The notes under the pieces are model-generated. The model worked only from the letters and a program-made list of their open reading frames with translations. It did not search any database and was not told the DNA's origin. Below, piece by piece: positions 10,084 through 18,299 of a DNA stretch of 64,000 nt. Position 1 is the first letter of the stretch, and each line of letters starts with the position of its first letter. The stretch spans positions 124,001 to 188,000 of IMG/VR virus record IMGVR_UViG_3300027793_000052; one strand, written 5' to 3'. The position numbers were made by a program, and so were the translations under genes.

Positions 10084-11220
10084 ATGAATGACAAAGTTTT
10101 CTTAGAGTACATTTGGTTAGATGGTAATGTACCACAAAAACTTCGTAGTAAAACTAAAGTTGTGGACGCTCAAGATATTGTAACTTCAGAAGGTACAAAA
10201 AATCAGGGTTATCCAGAAGCTTACCCACTATGGAGTTTTGATGGTAGTTCCACTAAACAAGCTGGCAAAGAATTTGATTTTAAAGGTACTGATTGTGTAC
10301 TTAAACCCGTCTATGTGGTAGATGACCCTTTAAGAGGGTCTCCACACAAATTAGTTCTATGTGAGGTATATAACCCAGACGGTAAAACACCTCATAAAAC
10401 AAACACAAGATCCAAACTTACTAAATTATTAAAAGAACTTAAGTTTAAGGAGTACGATGCCAATCACAATGAAGTACCTTGGTTTGGTTGGGAACAAGAG
10501 TATATAATAACTCATCCGGCAAATGAAAGTAGTCCATTTCAATATGATGGTGGTATACCTTTAGGTTTTAATAAAGATGCTGATAAACCTAGACCTCAAG
10601 GTGATTATTATTGTGGTATTGGAGGGTTGAATGTCATTGGTAGAGATATTGTTGAGGATCATCTTAACAAATGTTCTCAAATAGGTTTATCTATTGGTGG
10701 TATTAACGCTGAAGTATTGATAGGTCAGTGGGAATACCAAATAGGTCCTGTGACAGCATTAAACGGTTCAGACCAATTATGGATTTCTAGATACATTTTA
10801 CAAAGAGTTGCTGAAAATTATGGCTATGATATTAGTTTACACCCTAAACCTGTAAAAGGTGATTGGAATGGTAGTGGGTGTCATGTTAATTTTTCAACAA
10901 AAGAAATGAGAGATTATAGAGGTTTAGATGTTATATTAAAGGCTTGTGAAAAATTAAAAGTTAGACACAAAGAACATATTGAAGTCTATGGTGAACATAA
11001 TGAATTACGTTTAACAGGTAATCATGAAACATCTAGTATTAATGATTTTAGTTTTGGTAATAGTGACCGTGGTTCTAGTATAAGAATTCCCGTACAAACA
11101 TATAACGATAAAAAGGGTTATTTCGAAGACAGACGACCAGCAGCAAACTGTGACCCATACAAAGTTTCTTTAGTTATGATTGAAACTGTTTTTGATAAAG
11201 CTGCAATAACAGTTGAGTAA
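10084..11220 (+). CDS. glnII: Glutamine synthetase, type II
   Basis: EYIWLDG, WSFDGSST, WFGWEQEY, QGDYYCG, GQWEYQIGP, HPKP..GDWNGSGCHVNFST, RLTGNHETS, RGSSIRIP, GYFEDRRPAANCDPY. Confidence 0.95.
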   Translation: MNDKVFLEYIWLDGNVPQKLRSKTKVVDAQDIVTSEGTKNQGYPEAYPLWSFDGSSTKQAGKEFDFKGTDCVLKPVYVVDDPLRGSPHKLVLCEVYNPDGKTPHKTNTRSKLTKLLKELKFKEYDANHNEVPWFGWEQEYIITHPANESSPFQYDGGIPLGFNKDADKPRPQGDYYCGIGGLNVIGRDIVEDHLNKCSQIGLSIGGINAEVLIGQWEYQIGPVTALNGSDQLWISRYILQRVAENYGYDISLHPKPVKGDWNGSGCHVNFSTKEMRDYRGLDVILKACEKLKVRHKEHIEVYGEHNELRLTGNHETSSINDFSFGNSDRGSSIRIPVQTYNDKKGYFEDRRPAANCDPYKVSLVMIETVFDKAAITVE

Positions 11221-11231
11221 CTAATAGTTTT

Positions 11232-11663
11232 ATGAAAAGAGGAAAAGAAATTAAACTTAACCTACCTTATAATTACAATGTTATATCAGGTGCGGTTGAT
11301 AATAGAAACCCAGAATCTATATACATACAGATATCTGCTTGGGGTAAACCAAAAAATAAAGAAGAAGAAAATTTTGACACGATTATTAAACAAAAATCAA
11401 AAAAAGTAAAACGTAAGTTGTTTGAGGTTTTAGATACCGAACAATTTTTACCAAAAGCAATTGTGGATTTTAATATGGCATCATCGGGTATTTCTTATGA
11501 TAAAAGAAGTTTTATGTCGGTAGAATTGACTTTATTTCAAAAGATACCACTACCAGTTAATTCAGAAGAATTAATACCTAAATTAAATAAAATATCTGAA
11601 ATAATTATAAAAGATATTTTTGAAAAGGATGAAGATTTTAAATTTTACAAAAAAAAGAGTTAA
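11232..11663 (+). CDS. Hypothetical protein
   Basis: 143-aa ORF cotranscribed with the glutamine synthetase gene. Confidence 0.65.
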   Translation: MKRGKEIKLNLPYNYNVISGAVDNRNPESIYIQISAWGKPKNKEEENFDTIIKQKSKKVKRKLFEVLDTEQFLPKAIVDFNMASSGISYDKRSFMSVELTLFQKIPLPVNSEELIPKLNKISEIIIKDIFEKDEDFKFYKKKS

Positions 11664-11664
11664 C

Positions 11665-11691
11665 AAAAAACCCCGAAATTTCGGGGTTTTT
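11665..11691. terminator. Bidirectional intrinsic terminator
   Basis: aaaaaaccccgaaatttcggggttttt between convergent genes. Confidence 0.88.
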
Positions 11692-11695
11692 ATTT

Positions 11696-14005
11696 TTAAA
11701 AATAAATTTCTTTAATTATACCTTCTAATTCTAAAGGCGGTACACCAATCCAATCTTTTATATTATTAGACATAACAGGTTTACCACCCTTACTTCTATC
11801 TACAGCGATTGTTATATGTGGTGTTGTTGTTTTTGTAACTAATTCCGTATCTACTTTGACTGCCATTACATTATCTAACTCACCTACATGTGTCACAACT
11901 AAGTCAATTGATTGACCTAACAGTGGTTTATAAACTTCTTTTATAGGACCCATGTTTATTGTCATATGGTGTGCAATAACTTCCCAACCCTTAGGTATGT
12001 TTAAAGATTTAATCAACCTAATTCTAGATTCTTCTGTTAATACAACAGCAGAATAAGATACTTTTTTAACTTCTTCTTTTATTAACTTTTTGAAAATCTC
12101 CCTCTCAATTCTATCTTTCTCAACACCTATTTCCCTACCTTTAAAACCTTGTTTTATTAATTCTTCACCAGATGTTGTTACTTTATAATTTATGAATGCT
12201 TCAACTGATTTTGGGTTTATGTTGTTCATTTGACCAAAAATTCTTAACGTATCGTCATCCATTTTTATAGCGTCATATCTTTCTCTAAGTTTATATAAAT
12301 CACCACTATTAGTCTTAAAAAATTGTATTAAGAAGGCAATCTTTTTACCTTCTTCAGACGTATACTTAAGTGTGTCAACCAAGTACTTTTCAACCAACTT
12401 AGGTTCATTACTTACAAGTAAAGTAGCTATAAGTACCAATGGATTTCTAGTTTCTATTAATGGATCCGTAGTCACTACAAGTCTACCGAATATCCAATCC
12501 CATAGGTTTAGGTTGGTTATCATTTGTGTGAAATAACCAACAGACTGTGATTGTTTAACACCTTTTAAGAATTCATCCCTAATTCTTTCCTGTGATAGTG
12601 GTAAACCGTTACCACTTATTGGTGTTTTATCTTTAGTTATAGCGTCAACAATATCCTTATCTAATTGTGAACCAACTCTAGACGCAAATCTAATTGCTCT
12701 AAGTATACGTAATTTATCCTCATCAAAACGTTCTGAGGCTGAACCAACTGTTCTAACCACATTACCTTCTATATCACCAATACCACCAACTAAATCCACA
12801 ACCTCCCCTTTATCTATATCATAAAATAAAGCGTTAATGGTTAAGTCACGTCTTTTAACATCTTGGTCTATTGTTGTAAACTCAACAGAGTCTGGTCTAC
12901 GTCCTTTTCCCACATCTTTCCGGAACGAAGCGAGTTCAAACTCACCATCAGGTGTTATAACATTAACTACACCAAATTGTTCACCAACTTCAATTGTTCT
13001 AAACATGTTTAACATGGATTTAACAACTTCAGGTGTGGCATTTGTGGCCAAATCAAAATCCTTAGGTTCCTGACCTAATAATAAATCTCTAACAGCACCA
13101 CCAACAACATATAACTCATAACCGTTATCTTTAAAGATTTGGTTCATTTGTTTTACCGAGTTAGGTAAATCCATATTTATCTTTTTCCTTACAACATTTT
13201 CATTTATGTTAGGTTTTTTATATAAAGGATTTTTTATATATATTGTTAAATCTTGTTCGTTTGATTTATAGTATCTAAAATCTTTAAAAAAAGACCAACA
13301 TTTATTATCATAACACTCACTATTATCATGGTTGTTATAACCCACCCGACCTAAGTAATCAGAACCCAAATCATCTTTATTATAAAATTTAACTAAAATT
13401 AAATCTTTACCAAGAGTTGTTATACCTTCATCTATTATGACCCCCAAATCCATATTAAACTCAGCATCAATATCATCACCGTTAATTAATACCTCCATAC
13501 CTTTTTTTAACAAACCAATTGTGGGTATGATAAATTCTTTATCAGTTTCATCATCACCAATAACATCTTCCACCCAACTATATTCATCATATTCTTTTAC
13601 TATACTTTCATTTATTTTGGTTGAAACTAATATTTTTAAATGTTCAGAATCCTCAAATTTTGTATAATCTCTCATAAATGACCAACATTTTTTACCACGA
13701 CAATCTTCTTTGTAGCTATCCCACATAGGTGTTGACATGTTGATTACATTCTCGTCAAATTTTTTATCGTTAAATTTAACTAAAATAACATCGTTACCCA
13801 CATGCTGTCTAATACCGATAATAAAACCAATATCATCATTAAAAATAACATCTTCATCTTGTAAATCATAACCATTTACCAAAACAGTATCATTAATATT
13901 TAACATTTCTTTTGATACTGCAGGGACAAACCCACTACCTAGTGTATCATTAACCCATTCAAAATCATCAAATTCTTTTAACATTTTTTTAATAAGATCT
14001 TTCAT
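11696..14005 (-). CDS. cca: Multidomain protein: two N-terminal repeats, class II CCA-type tRNA nucleotidyltransferase, C-terminal 2H phosphoesterase
   Basis: VVGGAVRDLLLG..PKDFDLAT, RRDLTINALFYD, RFDEDKLRILRAIRF. C-terminal HHMTI...PHITI are paired HxT motifs. The PAP-type GRRF signature is absent (VGEQFGVV). Confidence 0.88.
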   Translation of the reverse strand: MKDLIKKMLKEFDDFEWVNDTLGSGFVPAVSKEMLNINDTVLVNGYDLQDEDVIFNDDIGFIIGIRQHVGNDVILVKFNDKKFDENVINMSTPMWDSYKEDCRGKKCWSFMRDYTKFEDSEHLKILVSTKINESIVKEYDEYSWVEDVIGDDETDKEFIIPTIGLLKKGMEVLINGDDIDAEFNMDLGVIIDEGITTLGKDLILVKFYNKDDLGSDYLGRVGYNNHDNSECYDNKCWSFFKDFRYYKSNEQDLTIYIKNPLYKKPNINENVVRKKINMDLPNSVKQMNQIFKDNGYELYVVGGAVRDLLLGQEPKDFDLATNATPEVVKSMLNMFRTIEVGEQFGVVNVITPDGEFELASFRKDVGKGRRPDSVEFTTIDQDVKRRDLTINALFYDIDKGEVVDLVGGIGDIEGNVVRTVGSASERFDEDKLRILRAIRFASRVGSQLDKDIVDAITKDKTPISGNGLPLSQERIRDEFLKGVKQSQSVGYFTQMITNLNLWDWIFGRLVVTTDPLIETRNPLVLIATLLVSNEPKLVEKYLVDTLKYTSEEGKKIAFLIQFFKTNSGDLYKLRERYDAIKMDDDTLRIFGQMNNINPKSVEAFINYKVTTSGEELIKQGFKGREIGVEKDRIEREIFKKLIKEEVKKVSYSAVVLTEESRIRLIKSLNIPKGWEVIAHHMTINMGPIKEVYKPLLGQSIDLVVTHVGELDNVMAVKVDTELVTKTTTPHITIAVDRSKGGKPVMSNNIKDWIGVPPLELEGIIKEIYF

Positions 14006-14040
14006 ATATAGTAAATATCTACAACTACTGCATATTTATA
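14006..14040. promoter_or_regulatory. Divergent pair of candidate late promoters (cca gene / prohead protease)
   Basis: GATATTTAC on the minus strand (14011-14019) and CATATTTATA on the plus strand (14031-14040). Confidence 0.5.
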
Positions 14041-14055
14041 TAATAAACTTTAAAA

Positions 14056-14868
14056 ATGAAAATTTTAAAACCAGGTGAAACAAATACTAGGGGATTTTTA
14101 GTTGAATATGATTCCGGATTTGTGGCCTCTAATTTATCTTATAAAGGTAAAACAAATTCTGATTTAATTAAAGAACACCTACAATATTTAAACGAGTTTA
14201 AATCGGGTACAAACATAGGGAAAGATGGTAGTTTACCAGAAACAATCATAGTATACGCTGTATTACAAAAATGGGGAATTGAAAATAAAAACGGTAGAAT
14301 TTACCCTAAAGAAATTCTAGAAAGAGAAAACAAAAGATATCAGGAATATATAAAAATGGGTACATCTTTAGGTGAGTTAAACCACCCAGAGTCTTCAATC
14401 ATTGACGCCGATAGAGTATCACATAGAATTACTGAAACATGGTGGGATGGTAAAACTTTAATGGGTAAATTAGAACTTGACACAACACCGGGTTACCACA
14501 AAATGGGTATTATATCTTCTGTTGGTGATAAAGTGGTTAACATGATTAGAAAAGGTTGGACAGTTGGTATTTCATCTCGTGGTGTTGGATCCCTTAAACA
14601 AGAAGGTGGTAAAAATGTTGTACAAGATGATTTCGAATTAATATGTTGGGATATTGTTACATCACCGTCTACCCCAGGTTCTTGGATATCTTCTGAGGAA
14701 GGTGATTTAAAACAGTTTACAGAATCTTATATAAAAGATAACGGTTGTAATGGTTACACATGTCAATGGAATTTAATGGAAGAAAATGAACCAACCGAAA
14801 TCCATTTTAATTCAATACCTACATCAAATAATAAAATATTAAATAGCTTAAATAAATTTTTAAAATGA
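14056..14868 (+). CDS. Prohead core protease (T4 gp21-like)
   Basis: NKNGRIYPKEIL, GELNHP, VGISSRGVGS, DFELICWDIVTSPSTPGS. Confidence 0.92.
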   Translation: MKILKPGETNTRGFLVEYDSGFVASNLSYKGKTNSDLIKEHLQYLNEFKSGTNIGKDGSLPETIIVYAVLQKWGIENKNGRIYPKEILERENKRYQEYIKMGTSLGELNHPESSIIDADRVSHRITETWWDGKTLMGKLELDTTPGYHKMGIISSVGDKVVNMIRKGWTVGISSRGVGSLKQEGGKNVVQDDFELICWDIVTSPSTPGSWISSEEGDLKQFTESYIKDNGCNGYTCQWNLMEENEPTEIHFNSIPTSNNKILNSLNKFLK

Positions 14869-15254
14869 AAAAAGTAATTAAATTAACAGAAAACGATATT
14901 GAAAAGTTGGTTAAAAAAATAATCAACGAAGGTAAAACTATCAATGAAGATTTACCAGAAAGAGAACAGGAAAGAAAAGATACTAGTTTCCGTAGAAGAG
15001 AATTTCAACCTTATAACAGAGAAAAACAAATTCAAAAACTTTTTGGTAAATACGCTGAAGATGTACCACCTCAAGTAATCCAATATTTAAGAAAAATACC
15101 TGGAACAATAGTTAAGAGGTTAGTTGATATCTATGGTTATGACAGGATACAAGGTTATTTGGATAAGGCTTCAGTAAATCAAGTTCAAGAGAATTATAAC
15201 TTTGATGAAATAATTTCAGAAAAAAATAAATCTAACAAAAAATTAGATATTTAA
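14865..15254 (+). CDS. Hypothetical late protein with KKVIKLTENDIEKLVKKIINE N-terminus
   Basis: ATGA overlap with the protease gene; the N-terminal motif recurs inside 24836..25780. Confidence 0.65.
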   Translation: MKKVIKLTENDIEKLVKKIINEGKTINEDLPEREQERKDTSFRRREFQPYNREKQIQKLFGKYAEDVPPQVIQYLRKIPGTIVKRLVDIYGYDRIQGYLDKASVNQVQENYNFDEIISEKNKSNKKLDI

Positions 15255-15257
15255 TTT

Positions 15258-15314
15258 GCGCAGCTGCGCTTTTGCAAAAGCAGCTTTGCAAAGATCAAAA
15301 AGATCCTAAGCAGC
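15258..15314. repeat. GC-rich cluster of overlapping palindromes
   Basis: GCGCAGCTGCGC (15258-15269), GCTTTTGCAAAAGC (15268-15281), CTTTGCAAAG (15284-15293), GATC x2. Confidence 0.85.
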
Positions 15315-15332
15315 AAGAAAAAATTTTTAAAA

Positions 15333-15818
15333 ATGAATTTTATAGACAGAGTAATATTAGAGGCCAAGAAAAAAGGTAAGAAAGTAAATCCTTGGTCTGT
15401 TTGTACAAAATCAGTTGGTGATAAAATAGGTACTACAGAAAGAAGTAAATGGACCAAAGCACAAAAAGAAAGATATGAAAGATGTGTTAAGGATGTTAAG
15501 AAAAAATCACCAATAAAAGAAGATTATATAAATGAATATGGTGGTTATGATGATCCAAGTATGTTTGCCACACACGCTGGTGGATATATGGGAACTATCA
15601 AACATCATTATAATACCATAGTTAGTTCTTTAAATGAATTAAATGATTTATCACCTGAGGTTTTAGATGACCAACTTAGGGTGGCTTTAGAAAATTTTTT
15701 AACTAAGATGGAAGGTTCTGTTAGAAATTTAGGTAAAGAAGCTATTGAGGCAGAAAAAAGACATTTAGGAAGTCTTAGAGGTGGAAGACCTTCACCAAGA
15801 GATTTTGACGAAGAATAA
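15333..15818 (+). CDS. Hypothetical late protein (NPWSVC...YERCV domain)
   Basis: 161-aa ORF with N-terminus MNFIDRVILE. Confidence 0.65.
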   Translation: MNFIDRVILEAKKKGKKVNPWSVCTKSVGDKIGTTERSKWTKAQKERYERCVKDVKKKSPIKEDYINEYGGYDDPSMFATHAGGYMGTIKHHYNTIVSSLNELNDLSPEVLDDQLRVALENFLTKMEGSVRNLGKEAIEAEKRHLGSLRGGRPSPRDFDEE

Positions 15819-15840
15819 TCAATATAATATTTTAATATAA

Positions 15841-15877
15841 ATAAGGGATATGTGGTTTACATATCCCTTATTTTTTT
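15841..15877 (+). terminator. Intrinsic terminator
   Basis: 13-bp stem ataagggatatgt/acatatcccttat followed by a T-tract. Confidence 0.85.
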
Positions 15878-15912
15878 GTAGAATTGTTGTATAAATATAA
15901 AAAATTAAAACA

Positions 15913-16173
15913 ATGAATGATAATGTAGCAAAATACTTCTTAGTGAAAGTAGAATTTGAAACCATCAACGAAAATAATGGTAAACCAAAAAAGATTAGAA
16001 CACAGTATCTTGTTGATGCTATGACATGTACTGAGGCTGAGGCACGTACACGTGTTTATTTAAAAGATTCTGTAATGGATTATGAAATTGTTAGTACAAC
16101 TAAGAGCCCTATTGAGGATATTATCTTAGTACCAGATCCTGAATTACAACCGAAAGTTGTAAGTAAAAATTAA
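15913..16173 (+). CDS. DUF4494-like protein (Bacteroidota family)
   Basis: YFLVKVEFE...GKPKKIRTQYLVDAMTCTEAEAR resembles DUF4494. Confidence 0.7.
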   Translation: MNDNVAKYFLVKVEFETINENNGKPKKIRTQYLVDAMTCTEAEARTRVYLKDSVMDYEIVSTTKSPIEDIILVPDPELQPKVVSKN

Positions 16174-16643
16174 TGTCTATATTTTTTAGGTAGACCAACA
16201 CGATCTGCCAAATCTTGAAATATACCTTTATGATTTCTGGCTTCAGTGTTTTTATGTCCATGTGAAGCGTGTATTAATTCATGTTTCAGAATATCTTCAA
16301 CATATTCTTTATCTTCTAAGGCTTTGGGATGAATTTTCATAATTCCAAGGTCTTTTTCGTTTTCAGGGTGTTTAAATGATCCAATTTTACCAGCTTTAAT
16401 ATTGTCATCAACTTTTACCACAATATTATCATCACTAACTGGTTCTTCACCAGTTATATCTTTATAAGCATTTTTTACTTTTTTACCAATCTCATCTTTC
16501 ATATGACTAATTTTTTTAGTCTCAGCAGGATATTTTGACTTTTTAATAATTTTTTTTTGCATATAATCTGCTTTATCAGAAACGTCGTTTTTTGATTGAT
16601 TTTCTACAAATTCCCTTAAAATAAGTCTGATTTTATCTTTCAT
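16170..16643 (-). CDS. SprT-like zincin metalloprotease
   Basis: KHELIH (HExxH) with downstream H (HKGIFQDLADRVG); N-terminus MKDKIRLILRE. Confidence 0.7.
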   Translation of the reverse strand: MKDKIRLILREFVENQSKNDVSDKADYMQKKIIKKSKYPAETKKISHMKDEIGKKVKNAYKDITGEEPVSDDNIVVKVDDNIKAGKIGSFKHPENEKDLGIMKIHPKALEDKEYVEDILKHELIHASHGHKNTEARNHKGIFQDLADRVGLPKKYRH

Positions 16644-16736
16644 ATTTAATAAATATCACAATTTTTTATAAAAATTTTTAACTTTTTTATTATCAAGTTA
16701 TTGCACTTTGCCGTCTTAATACATATTTATTTATAA

Positions 16737-16754
16737 ATCTCGTGTAAGCGAGAT
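16737..16754 (+). promoter_or_regulatory. Small hairpin in the scaffold-gene leader, after an ATATTTAT motif
   Basis: atctcg-tgtaag-cgagat. Confidence 0.35.
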
Positions 16755-16786
16755 AATATAACCATTAAAAACAATAAAAAAAGAAA

Positions 16787-18268
16787 ATGGCAAACGAAAA
16801 GAAATCAATTATTGAGGAAGCTCTTCTTGAGGCACAAGAAATTGACGCCACTTTCAAATCAAACGCAAAAGAAATACTGTCTCAGACGATGAGTTCAGAA
16901 ATTGAAGAAATGGTAAAGGAATCATTAACTGGTTCGAAAAAAAGATTGAAAGAGGATGAAGAAGAGGAAGAAGAATTAGACCTTGACTTAGACACTGAAG
17001 AAGAAGAGGAAGAATTAGACTTGGGTTTAGACACTGAAGAAGAAGGTGAAGACGAGACTGAAGAAACCGAAATGGATCTTGACTTAGGTGGTGAAGAAGA
17101 GGAAACTGAGATTGAAGATTTAGACCTTGACTTTGAAACCGAAGAAGGTGAAGAAGAGGGGGAAATGGATTTAGATCTTGGTGATGAAACTGAAGAAGTT
17201 ATGGGTGACGTTGAAACTGTGGATCTTACACAAGAACCATTATCAGACGTAATCTCAGTATTCAAAAAAATGGGTCCTGAAGATGAAATCGAAGTTGTTA
17301 ACGACAACGGTATCGTAACTCTTAAAGACAACAAATCTGGTTCTGAATACAGAATCGAAATGAACCCGGCAGGTGAAGTTGCTAGCGTTGAAGCTGGTGA
17401 AATTGAACTTGGTGAGGGTGAAGAAGGTTCTGATAACGTTATCTACGAAATAGTTGTGGATGATGGTGAGGAAGAAATGGAAGACGAAATGTCTTACATG
17501 GATTATGCCGAAGACGAAATGTCTTACATGGGTGATAAAATGTCTTATATGAACTATAAGAAAAGTGGTTTAAAAAATCCTGAAAAGGCTGATTTAGACA
17601 AAGACCACGATATTACACCTTATGAAAAGAAAAGAGGTATGGCTATCGAAAAATCTATGGAAGACGAGGGTGAAGACCATATGGATTATATGAAACATGA
17701 TGATGAAGATCACATGGATTATATGTCACGTACTTTAGGTGCTGGCAGAAGATTTGGACGTAATGGTTTAGACAAACCAAAAGCTGCTCCAAGACATCTT
17801 TATGTTGGTGAATCTAAAACTCCACAGATTTCAAAACTCATCAAAGAAAACACAAACTTAAATACCAGAAATTCTGAACTTGAAGTAGAAAATAAGGAAC
17901 TAAAAGAAAACTACGAAAAAATGGTAGACGCTCTTAAACAGTTCAGAACAAAACTTCAAGAAGTGGCTGTGTTCAACAGCAATCTTACTTACGCAGTAAG
18001 ATTATTCACTGAAAATACAACTACTAAAGAAGAAAAGAATGACATATTAAAAAGATTGGATTCGGCTAAATCTTTAAAAGAATCTCAATCAATTTATAAA
18101 CAACTTGTTAAAGAAATTTCTAACAGTAAGGCACCTATAAAGGAAACTATTGAAGAAAAAATCAATAACACTTCTTCTAGTGGAGCATTAATCAGTGAAC
18201 AAAGTGTTTTTGTACACCCAGAGATTGAAAAAATGAAAAAACTTTGGGGTTACAGTTACAAAAAATAA
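16787..18268 (+). CDS. Prohead scaffolding/core protein (T4 gp22 position)
   Basis: Very acidic with a C-terminal coiled coil and many (I/L)xE sites; immediately upstream of the major capsid gene. Confidence 0.75.
   Translation: MANEKKSIIEEALLEAQEIDATFKSNAKEILSQTMSSEIEEMVKESLTGSKKRLKEDEEEEEELDLDLDTEEEEEELDLGLDTEEEGEDETEETEMDLDLGGEEEETEIEDLDLDFETEEGEEEGEMDLDLGDETEEVMGDVETVDLTQEPLSDVISVFKKMGPEDEIEVVNDNGIVTLKDNKSGSEYRIEMNPAGEVASVEAGEIELGEGEEGSDNVIYEIVVDDGEEEMEDEMSYMDYAEDEMSYMGDKMSYMNYKKSGLKNPEKADLDKDHDITPYEKKRGMAIEKSMEDEGEDHMDYMKHDDEDHMDYMSRTLGAGRRFGRNGLDKPKAAPRHLYVGESKTPQISKLIKENTNLNTRNSELEVENKELKENYEKMVDALKQFRTKLQEVAVFNSNLTYAVRLFTENTTTKEEKNDILKRLDSAKSLKESQSIYKQLVKEISNSKAPIKETIEEKINNTSSSGALISEQSVFVHPEIEKMKKLWGYSYKK
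17480..17531 (+). repeat. 22-bp direct repeat with 30-nt period (EDEMSYM) in the scaffold gene
   Basis: gaagacgaaatgtcttacatgg at 17480 and 17510. Confidence 0.8.
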
Positions 18269-18299
18269 TAACAAATAACAATTAAAAAACCAATAAAAA

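Noticed and set aside
11696-14005. Poly(A) polymerase identity
   Set aside because: The PAP signature (G-R/K-R/K-F) is absent and the EDxxR template motif is present; CCA-type is more likely, though not proven.
15890-15897. T4-type late promoter TATAAATA before the DUF4494-like gene
   Set aside because: A single occurrence in AT-rich sequence; a host-type TTTA-N19-TAGAATTG explains the site equally well.
16882-17334. Ser-rich minus-strand ORF
   Set aside because: Antisense shadow of the Glu/Asp-rich scaffold codons.
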